DNA of 64,000 nucleotides from Methanocaldococcus sp. 28A (GTDB taxonomy: Archaea > AGJL01 > Methanococci > Methanococcales > Methanocaldococcaceae), in assembly GCA_049852185.1 (NCBI GenBank), contig CP187540.1. One strand, 5' to 3'. The translations under genes and the position numbers were made by a program. The notes under the pieces were generated by a model. That model saw only the letters and a program-made list of their open reading frames with translations. It was not told the origin of the DNA and did not search any database. Each line of letters opens with the position of its first letter. Positions within the stretch are counted from its first letter, which is position 1. This document shows positions 56,062 to 64,000 of this stretch, piece by piece.

Positions 56062-57030
56062 ATGATTGACAAAATAATTTCAATAATTGGCATTCCAGCA
56101 TTAGCTTTTGCTATCTCCACATACATTCCAGGAATTCAGAGAAAAATAGAGGCAAGAATACAACAAAGAATAGGACCAAGTATATTAGCCCCTGGATTTT
56201 GGGCATTGTTTAAGTTTTTATTTAAAGAAACAAAAACGCCAGATGCAAACTTACCAAAATTATATAATTTGTTGCCTCTCCTTTCTATAGCTGTTTTATG
56301 GGCTATATTGGCTATAACATCAATCACATCTTTTTATATTTTATCTAATGTAATTGGTATTGTTGGTCTGCTAAAATTAGAAGAGATGATGTATATAATT
56401 TTAGGTTCTTTGGCATTTTCAATTATGGGTTGGAGAATGCCTTATATAGATGAGTGTAAAGGAACTAATTTTTTAGGAACTTTAAAGCTTTCATTGGAGC
56501 AGTTGGGAGCTATAAGAAGTTTTAAAATGATAACAATTGGTTCATTTCCATTTTATTTGGCAATTTTTCTTCCATTTGTTCAAAAGCAGAGTATATTCTT
56601 AAAAGATATTGTTGGAGAGCCATTTTTATTCTCATTAGCTGGAATATTTGGAGCTATATGCTATTTCATTGGCTATGTTATAATGATTAAAGAATATCCA
56701 TTTTCAATAACTCACACAAAGGCGGATGTTATTGAAGGACCTACAATGGAGTTGATGGCTAAGTATAGAGCTTTATATTTAGCAAGTAAAGAGCTTTTAT
56801 TAATTACTTTGGGTAGTTTATTTGCAACCTTATATTTGGGAATAGCTCCTGACATAAATAATCCGATAACAATCATTGAAAACTTTGCTATAGCTGTAAT
56901 ATTTCCAATATTAGCCACATTTGTTAGGGCATTCTCTCCAGTGCTTTTATTTAAACAAATATATCCTATCTCATTTGTAGCAACACTAATTGGAGTTGTT
57001 GGATTTATCTTTGCTTTGCTTGGGTGGTAA
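56062..57030 (+). CDS. ehbO: Ehb NuoH-like membrane subunit
   Basis: RKIEARIQQRIGP and KADVIEGP motifs. Confidence 0.85.
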   Translation: MIDKIISIIGIPALAFAISTYIPGIQRKIEARIQQRIGPSILAPGFWALFKFLFKETKTPDANLPKLYNLLPLLSIAVLWAILAITSITSFYILSNVIGIVGLLKLEEMMYIILGSLAFSIMGWRMPYIDECKGTNFLGTLKLSLEQLGAIRSFKMITIGSFPFYLAIFLPFVQKQSIFLKDIVGEPFLFSLAGIFGAICYFIGYVIMIKEYPFSITHTKADVIEGPTMELMAKYRALYLASKELLLITLGSLFATLYLGIAPDINNPITIIENFAIAVIFPILATFVRAFSPVLLFKQIYPISFVATLIGVVGFIFALLGW

Positions 57031-57888
57031 ATACTCCTCTTTCATCTTAACAACTACTACTGGTGTATGCTCTAACTTTTCTAAAATTTCTTCAGTTATT
57101 ATATAGGAGTTATATTTTTCTAAAACTTCATTAATGTTTTTTATTGTTTTATGAACCCTATCACAGATAAAAGCTATTCTAACAAGCTGACCTATTGTAT
57201 ATTTTTTATAAATTTCATTTCCAGCTATTGCTAATGGTGTGCATCCAGCAAACCCCCCAATCTTTAAAACATCAGCCAACCTCCCAAGAATAAAACCAAA
57301 AACACCAATTCCGCTTATTATTCCATCTATTGCATAGGGAAGAGCAGTAACATAAAAATTTAAAACTTTATATGTGGCATCAGTGTCTGCAACCATAACA
57401 ACTATATCAACACCCAATTCCTTTTTTATCTCTTTATATAATATTTCAGCCCATTTTTTTGGATTTTTTGGTAAAGGGCAGGCATAAGTTCCAGGAACGT
57501 TTGTTAAATCTATACCTCCCTCAGCATAAGGTTTTAAAGCATATCTTAACCCAACAGTTTCTATAATTGTTTGTTTATGCCTTAAAGTTTCTTCTTTTGG
57601 CATATTTCTTAAATTTTTTATTTTATCTTCTTTAATTTTAAATAATTTTCCAAGTACATAGCCCCAAAGATATTTTGACCAATAGTAACAAAAATAAGCT
57701 AAAACTCCAGATTTAAATTTGCTTTCATCAACAAAATTTCCCTCAGCAGTTGAAACCATCTTTTCACTTAATACAACAAAATCACCATCCTCTAATTTAA
57801 TTCCACTATTTTTTAATGCCTCTATAACAATTGGAATAAAATTTTCCCCTTTTTTTATATATTTTGTTCTAATAGGATAAGCTCTCAT
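56986..57888 (-). CDS. F420-0:gamma-glutamyl ligase-like protein (CofE paralog)
   Basis: VLSEKMVSTAEG, GGIDLTNVPG, VADTD, TPVVVV motifs. Confidence 0.8.
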   Translation of the reverse strand: MRAYPIRTKYIKKGENFIPIVIEALKNSGIKLEDGDFVVLSEKMVSTAEGNFVDESKFKSGVLAYFCYYWSKYLWGYVLGKLFKIKEDKIKNLRNMPKEETLRHKQTIIETVGLRYALKPYAEGGIDLTNVPGTYACPLPKNPKKWAEILYKEIKKELGVDIVVMVADTDATYKVLNFYVTALPYAIDGIISGIGVFGFILGRLADVLKIGGFAGCTPLAIAGNEIYKKYTIGQLVRIAFICDRVHKTIKNINEVLEKYNSYIITEEILEKLEHTPVVVVKMKEEYLPPKQSKDKSNNSN

Positions 57889-57993
57889 GTTACCACTTTT
57901 ATCAATGTATAAATACCACGTAATGAATATTAATAATGAAATATTAAATATAATTGTAATAAAAAATATAAAATATAAAAATTAGGTGAAAGC

Positions 57994-58722
57994 ATGAAAA
58001 GATTAAAGACTGGAATTCCTGGAATGGATGATATATTACATGGAGGAATTCCTGAAAGAAACGTTGTTCTATTATCTGGAGGTCCTGGAACTGGAAAATC
58101 TATATTCTGCCAGCAATTTTTATACAAAGGGACTGTAGAATACAATGAACCAAGTGTTTTAGTAGCTTTAGAAGAACATCCAGTTCAAATTAGAGAGAAT
58201 ATGAAACAATTTGGATGGGATGTTAGAAAGTTAGAGGAAGAAGGAAAATTTGCCATAGTTGATGCCTTCACTTATGGAATTGGTAGTGCTGCAAAAAGAG
58301 AGAAGTATGTTGTAAATGACCCAAATGATGAGAGGGAATTAATAGATGTTTTAAAAACTGCAATAAATGACATTGGAGCTAAAAGAATAGGGATTGATTC
58401 AGTAACAACATTATATATAAACAAGCCAATGATGGCAAGGAAAACAGTATTTTTATTAAAGAGGGTTATCTCTGGCTTAGGATGCACTGCCATCTTTACA
58501 TCTCAAATATCTGTTGGAGAGAGAGGATTTGGAGGGCCAGGAGTTGAGCATGCAGTAGATGGGATTATAAGATTAGATTTAGATGAAATTAATGGAGAGT
58601 TAAAGAGAAGCTTAATTGTGTGGAAGATGAGAGGAACAAGCCATTCATTGAAGAGGCATCCATTTGATATAACTGATGAAGGAATCATTGTATATTCAGA
58701 TAAAGTGTTAAAGCTTAGATAA
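57994..58722 (+). CDS. KaiC-domain RecA-superfamily ATPase
   Basis: [25 protein letters not shown] motifs. Confidence 0.93.
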   Translation: MKRLKTGIPGMDDILHGGIPERNVVLLSGGPGTGKSIFCQQFLYKGTVEYNEPSVLVALEEHPVQIRENMKQFGWDVRKLEEEGKFAIVDAFTYGIGSAAKREKYVVNDPNDERELIDVLKTAINDIGAKRIGIDSVTTLYINKPMMARKTVFLLKRVISGLGCTAIFTSQISVGERGFGGPGVEHAVDGIIRLDLDEINGELKRSLIVWKMRGTSHSLKRHPFDITDEGIIVYSDKVLKLR

Positions 58723-58735
58723 AATTTTTGATAAT

Positions 58736-58847
58736 TATAGTTGTGTGCAAAATGAAATAAACTTTAAAAAGGATAATTTGAAAGCCTTCCTTAAAGAAGG
58801 CATTCATTAATACCTTATTTTATTTAAGATAGTTTTGCACACAACTA
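58736..58847. mobile_element. Family-1 MITE (long form, reversed)
   Basis: TIRs plus internal hairpin. Confidence 0.9.
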
Positions 58848-58929
58848 ATAAACACTATGTAGTAAATTATTAAAATAAGGAATAATAAAAATAATTAACA
58901 TAGGATAAAAATAAAAATATGTGTGGGGG

Positions 58930-59427
58930 ATGAGTATGATACCATTAGTTCCTACATCAAAGACAGAAATAGACAAATTAGAGCATATCTTAATCTTAGG
59001 AACATTATTCAGACCAGAAATATTAGAGTTAATAAAAGACCCTGTTGAGAAAGTTACATGGGTAGATTCATTGGCTATTGCAGCAGGAGCGTTGGCAAGA
59101 GAAAAAGCTGGATATACAATAAGAGAAATTGCCGATGAATTGGGAAGAACTGAACAAACAATTAGAAAGCACTTAAAAGGAGAAACAAAAGCAGGAAAGC
59201 TCGTTATAGAAACATATGAGATGATAAAGAAAGGAGAATTAAATATTGAAGAGGTAGAAAAATTCTTAGAAGCTGTTGTTAGAAAAGAAGACTTAGAGAA
59301 AAAGTTGGCTGATATTAAGAAGTTAGAGGAAGAAATTGAAAAACTTAAGAAAGAAAACGAACAATTAGCTAACAAGTTAGAAAAAGTTAAAGAGAAATTA
59401 AAAGAATTATTAAGTGATTTAGAATAA
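58930..59427 (+). CDS. HTH plus coiled-coil regulator (COG1318-like, KaiC-associated)
   Basis: TWVDSLAIAAGALAREKAG and IADELGRTEQTIRKHL motifs. Confidence 0.85.
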   Translation: MSMIPLVPTSKTEIDKLEHILILGTLFRPEILELIKDPVEKVTWVDSLAIAAGALAREKAGYTIREIADELGRTEQTIRKHLKGETKAGKLVIETYEMIKKGELNIEEVEKFLEAVVRKEDLEKKLADIKKLEEEIEKLKKENEQLANKLEKVKEKLKELLSDLE

Positions 59428-59489
59428 TAGATAAACTTTCTATTTTATCTTCATTTTGTCATTTTTATATATTTTTTTTGGTGGTTAAA

Positions 59490-59783
59490 ATGAGAAAGGT
59501 CGTGGCTGAGGTCTCTATAATTCCCTTAGGAAAAGGAGCAAGCGTTTCAAAATATGTTAAAAAAGCAATTGATGTTTTTAAAAAATACAACTTAAAAGTT
59601 GAGACAAATGCTATGGGAACTGTATTGGAAGGAGATTTAGATGAAATTCTAAAAGCTTTTAAAGAAGCTCACTCAACAGTTTTAAATGATGTTGATAGAG
59701 TTGTAAGTCAATTAAAAATTGATGAAAGGAAAGATAAAGAAAATACAATTGAAAGAAAATTAAAGGCAATTGGAGAGCTATAA
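59490..59783 (+). CDS. MTH1187/thiamine-binding family protein
   Basis: SVSKYV, AMGTVLEG, KIDERKDK motifs. Confidence 0.9.
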   Translation: MRKVVAEVSIIPLGKGASVSKYVKKAIDVFKKYNLKVETNAMGTVLEGDLDEILKAFKEAHSTVLNDVDRVVSQLKIDERKDKENTIERKLKAIGEL

Positions 59784-59802
59784 ATATGTATTTGGTGTTT
59801 AT

Positions 59803-61347
59803 ATGATTTTGGGTATTTGTGATGGACATAATGCAAGCTCCTCATTAGTGGATAAAGATAAAATTTTATTTGCAATGAGTGAAGAAAGATTTACAAGAAA
59901 GAAAAATCAAAGAGGTTTTCCAGAAAACTCAGTAAATTATATTTTAAGTAGAGTTAAAGCTGATAAAATTGATTATATTTCTATTGGTGGAGTTTTTAGA
60001 AGAGGAGAAAGAATAAAAAAAATGAAAGAATTTCAAAGCAAGATAAATAAAAAATTTCTCTATTTTTATCATCATATAGCTCATTCATATTTATTTAAGT
60101 TGTCAGAATTTAAAGAAGCTTTAGTTATTTCAATAGATGGAGGAGGGGATGGATTATCTTTTTTAGCATCTATAGCAAACAAAAATAATTTAGAGATTAT
60201 AGCTCAAAGTGATTTAATTGACTCTGTTGGAGATTTTTATGCATCAATAACCGAACTTTTAGGTTTTAAACCTATGGAAGATGAAGGTAAAGTTATGTCT
60301 CTCTCATCTTATGATGGTAAAGAGGATATAACATTAACAACCATTGACTATATAAAAGAATTAAAATCATTTAAAAACTATCTTGGAGTTATTGGTTATG
60401 AAGCTACCAAAGCATTAAAAAAATTATTAATTAAGAATAAAAACCAATTAACTTTTGAAGATAAAGTTAAGATATCAAAATTTGCTCAAAGAACTTTAGA
60501 GGATGTTGTTTTAAAGGCAATTAATGATTTAGCTTATGAATATAACATAAATAACGTTGTATTTGTTGGTGGAGTGGCTCAAAATGTTAAGTTGAACTCA
60601 AAAATTGCTGAAAAATATAATTTATTTGTTCCACCTTTTATGGGGGATGAAGGCCTTTGCTTAGGAGCAAGTTTGGCGGATAAAAGAATAGATAGAATAA
60701 ATATAAACAATACATACTTTGGATATGAAATAGAGAATGAAAAAGCTGAAAAAATTTTAGAAGAACTAAAAAACAAACTTAATGGCTATAAAATAAATTT
60801 TATAGAGGAGGATGAAATTCCAGAAGTCGTTGGAAATCTAATCTTAGAGAATAAAATTGTTTGTCTATCAAGAGGAAAAATGGAGTTTGGTCCGAGAGCT
60901 TTAGGGAATAGGAGTGTTATAGCATTACCAACAAAAGAAAATAAAGAAAAAATAAATAAAAAGTTAAAAAGAAGTTGGTTTATGCCATTTGCTCCAACAA
61001 TACTATATGAGTTTGTAGATGAGTATTTAATAAATCCAAGATACTCTCCATTTATGACTCAAATATTTAAGGTTAAAGAAGAAAAAATAAAAGAAATAGA
61101 GGGAGTTATCCATGTAGATAAGACAACAAGACCACAAACATTAAAAAGAGAAGCTAATGAAACATATTATGATATAATAAAATATATTTATGATTCTATA
61201 GGTATTCCTGTAGTTTTAAATACTTCTTTTAATTTACATGGCGAGCCAATAGTTTGTGATGAAAAAGATACTATAAAAAGCTTTTTAAAGGCAGATTTTG
61301 ATGCTTTGTTATTAGGAAATTATTTAATAACTAATGAATTTTTTTAA
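59803..61347 (+). CDS. CmcH/NodU-family carbamoyltransferase
   Basis: EERFTR, HHIAH, MEFGPRALGNRS, LNTSFNLHGEPIV motifs. Confidence 0.92.
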   Translation: MILGICDGHNASSSLVDKDKILFAMSEERFTRKKNQRGFPENSVNYILSRVKADKIDYISIGGVFRRGERIKKMKEFQSKINKKFLYFYHHIAHSYLFKLSEFKEALVISIDGGGDGLSFLASIANKNNLEIIAQSDLIDSVGDFYASITELLGFKPMEDEGKVMSLSSYDGKEDITLTTIDYIKELKSFKNYLGVIGYEATKALKKLLIKNKNQLTFEDKVKISKFAQRTLEDVVLKAINDLAYEYNINNVVFVGGVAQNVKLNSKIAEKYNLFVPPFMGDEGLCLGASLADKRIDRININNTYFGYEIENEKAEKILEELKNKLNGYKINFIEEDEIPEVVGNLILENKIVCLSRGKMEFGPRALGNRSVIALPTKENKEKINKKLKRSWFMPFAPTILYEFVDEYLINPRYSPFMTQIFKVKEEKIKEIEGVIHVDKTTRPQTLKREANETYYDIIKYIYDSIGIPVVLNTSFNLHGEPIVCDEKDTIKSFLKADFDALLLGNYLITNEFF

Positions 61348-61392
61348 TAATCTAAGAGGCATTGCAATTCATCCATTTTGATTAGCCTTTTC

Positions 61393-61923
61393 TTAAAAGG
61401 TTGTAGTTAAGTAATCAAAATATTCCTCCATCCAATTTACAATCCCCTTTCTTTCTTTTTTATTTTTTATTGCTTCAATAATCTCATTAACTATACTATC
61501 TATGCTTCTATTTGTTGTATCTATCTCATAAACTCTACCTTTACTCTCACATAAACAGACGTCCAATATCTCTGCCTGAACATTCTCTAAAACCTTCTTT
61601 GGCTTATAACCTCTCTTTTCTAACCGTTCTTTAATAATTTCAGGATTGCATCTAAGCACTATTACATAATCAGGATTTAAAAGATGAGATACATGACCAT
61701 CTAATATAATATTCTTTTCTTTTTCCTCAATCTCATCAATGAATTTTTCCAATTTCTCAAAATCAATAACATAAGAGTCCATATCCTCATCTTTTTCAGT
61801 ATATAGTTTATATTTTTTTACAACTTCTGTAATATCAATAACTTTTATTCCCAATTTGTCCCCTAAAACTTTTGAAACTGTAGTCTTCCCAACTCCTGGA
61901 GTTCCAGTAATAGCTATTCTCAT
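61393..61923 (-). CDS. AK6/Fap7-type adenylate kinase
   Basis: ITGTPGVGKTT, DGH, ENVQAEIL motifs. Confidence 0.92.
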   Translation of the reverse strand: MRIAITGTPGVGKTTVSKVLGDKLGIKVIDITEVVKKYKLYTEKDEDMDSYVIDFEKLEKFIDEIEEKEKNIILDGHVSHLLNPDYVIVLRCNPEIIKERLEKRGYKPKKVLENVQAEILDVCLCESKGRVYEIDTTNRSIDSIVNEIIEAIKNKKERKGIVNWMEEYFDYLTTTF

Positions 61924-61941
61924 TTAACCACCAAAATAAAA

Positions 61942-62028
61942 TATAGTTGTGTGCAAAACTATCTTAAATAAAATAAGGAATTATTAATTGTCATTATACA
62001 AGTTTATTTTATTTTGCACACAACTATA
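61942..62028. mobile_element. Family-1 MITE (short form)
   Basis: Perfect TIRs; near-identical to the 20469 copy. Confidence 0.9.
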
Positions 62029-62033
62029 AAGAA

Positions 62034-62516
62034 TTACACACTTTCAGCATCATCAGTAATCTTTGAAATATATTTATCCAATATTACCTCATCTTTATAA
62101 GCTAACAACACATTTTCAGCAACAAATCCCAATTTATAATTTAAAACATTCATATAATCCCTAAACTCATTAAGTTCTTTTAAAATAGATTCAAATGGCA
62201 CCTCCTCAAAATTTACTATCACAACATCGTATTCTGAAACTCTATCTTTTATATTTTCAAAGTCCAAAGGATGTTTAATCCTAACAACATACAATTTTGG
62301 TAGAATTTTTTCTACTTTAATTACTTCTTTTATTTCTTTTACTTCTTCTTTAGATTCTTTAGGTTCTAAAACTTCTGGCTCAACTTCTGTCTCATTCTCT
62401 AAGATATAGGAAGGTTTTTCTTCTCCAATAACTATATATTCTTCATCAGGAACTTCAACAGGTTTTGGTATGTCCTTATTTCCTCTAATTTTCTTTATAA
62501 TTTTTTTAATAACCAT
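62034..62516 (-). CDS. SepF-like protein
   Basis: Amphipathic N-terminus, acidic linker, C-terminal DVVIVNF domain. Confidence 0.55.
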   Translation of the reverse strand: MVIKKIIKKIRGNKDIPKPVEVPDEEYIVIGEEKPSYILENETEVEPEVLEPKESKEEVKEIKEVIKVEKILPKLYVVRIKHPLDFENIKDRVSEYDVVIVNFEEVPFESILKELNEFRDYMNVLNYKLGFVAENVLLAYKDEVILDKYISKITDDAESV

Positions 62517-62574
62517 GACTTTTCCCTCTTTAAATTTTAAAAAGTTATTTTATACTACATTATATAAATTTAAC

Positions 62575-64000
62575 TTATTCAACAGTAACACTCTTGGCTA
62601 AACCTCTTGGCTTATCTACGTCTCTCCCAAGTTCAACAGCTTTATAATAAGCCAATAACTGGAAAGCTGGAGCATAAACAATTGGAGAAATCTCCTCAAT
62701 AACTTCTGGAACTAATATATTTTCAGCTCCCTCTATTTCAATTGGAGTTATTGCTATTACCTTTCCCCCTCTTGCTCTAACCTCCTCTATATTTGATAGT
62801 ATTGAATTAAATACAGGAGAATCTCTTGGAGGAACTATTGCTACAGTATCCATGTTTTCATCAATTAATGATATAGTCCCATGCTTTAACATGCCTCCAC
62901 TCATTCCCTCTGCATGTAAATAAGTTATTTCTTTAAATTTTAACGCTCCTTCCATAGCACTTGCAATATTTATCCCTTTAGAGATGAATATGTAGTTATT
63001 TACCTTTAAATTATTGGCTATATTCCTAATAATATCTCTTTCATCTAAAACTTGTTTTATATAGTCTGGAATCTTCTCAATCTCTTTTTCATACTTGCTC
63101 ATATCTCTGCCTAAAAGCTTTCCATACTCAATAAACAATCTGTAGAGTATCATTAACTGTGAGGTATATGTTTTAGTTGCACAAACTGCTATCTCTATTC
63201 CTGCCCCCATCATTATAGTTATATCTGTCTCTCTTGTAGCTGTACTCCCTAAAACATTAACTATAACTGCAGTTTTAGCTTTTTTACTTTTAGCAAATCT
63301 CAAAGCTTTTAATGTATCATAAGTTTCTCCACTTTGTGTAATACCAATAACTAATGTTTTTTCATCAACAACCCCTTTATTTAAAAATTCAGAGGCATCA
63401 CATGCAATAACTAACTTCCCAAGCTTTGCAAATAAGTATTCTGCAACCATTGCTGCATGTAAAGAAGTTCCCATAGCTACAAGATAAATCCTATCATAAT
63501 CTTTAATGCATTCAGCCAATTTTTTAATTTCTTCAGCTGATATCTTGGCAGAGACCTTTAAAACCTCTGGTTGTTCCATAATTTCTTTTAGCATGAAGTG
63601 AGGATATCCCATCTTTTCAGCTGAAGTAATATCCCAATTAATTTCAATTATTTTTCTTTCTACAACATTTCCATTGTTTTCTATAACAACATCATAGCCG
63701 TTATCTTTCTTTTTAATTATAACAATATCTCCATCCTCTAAAGGAATTGCTTTATTTGTGTAATCTAAGAATGCAGTTACATCACTTCCCAAAAAGTAGC
63801 AGTTATTTCCAACTCCTAAAATTAGAGGACTTTCATTTCTTGCTCCAATTAATAGGTTTGGAAAGTTTTTATTTATTATTGCCAATGCATAAGTTCCTTT
63901 TAGTTTTTTAATTGCATTTTTAACGGCTTTTATGTAATTTTCTTCATTAATTTCTTCAAATTTCTTTAATTCTTCTTCAATTAAATGTGGAATAACTTCA
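62575..64000 (-). CDS. glmS: Glutamine--fructose-6-phosphate aminotransferase (partial, 5' end beyond window)
   Basis: QSGET, ATKTY, EGALKFKE, DKPRGLAKSVTVE motifs. Confidence 0.97.
   Translation of the reverse strand, partial: EVIPHLIEEELKKFEEINEENYIKAVKNAIKKLKGTYALAIINKNFPNLLIGARNESPLILGVGNNCYFLGSDVTAFLDYTNKAIPLEDGDIVIIKKKDNGYDVVIENNGNVVERKIIEINWDITSAEKMGYPHFMLKEIMEQPEVLKVSAKISAEEIKKLAECIKDYDRIYLVAMGTSLHAAMVAEYLFAKLGKLVIACDASEFLNKGVVDEKTLVIGITQSGETYDTLKALRFAKSKKAKTAVIVNVLGSTATRETDITIMMGAGIEIAVCATKTYTSQLMILYRLFIEYGKLLGRDMSKYEKEIEKIPDYIKQVLDERDIIRNIANNLKVNNYIFISKGINIASAMEGALKFKEITYLHAEGMSGGMLKHGTISLIDENMDTVAIVPPRDSPVFNSILSNIEEVRARGGKVIAITPIEIEGAENILVPEVIEEISPIVYAPAFQLLAYYKAVELGRDVDKPRGLAKSVTVE

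Overview
Very AT-rich archaeal chromosome segment. Gene content (Eha/Ehb hydrogenases, class I LysRS, AMP phosphorylase, connectase, GGTGA ribosome-binding sites) points to Methanocaldococcus; MJ locus numbers quoted below are recalled from M. jannaschii and were not checked. Most of the window is housekeeping genes, including a complete ehaA-R operon. Non-coding features are one C/D-box sRNA, one frameshifted IS5-like element, several pseudogene remnants and three dispersed palindromic repeat families. Family 1 has TATAGTTGTGTGCAAAA ends (10 copies), family 2 has ATAGGACTTTCGCAG ends (about 6 copies), and family 3 is GC-rich with CCATAGGG ends (4 loci). The main unexplained signal concerns family 3. 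All four copies sit at a gene 3' end (ehaJ, korC, an MJ0538-like gene, lysS) and are followed by a displaced 24-54 bp second copy of that gene's 3' coding sequence, differing mostly at synonymous positions. The korC copy also carries an HgcC/TnpB-omegaRNA-like structured RNA inside its hairpin loop.
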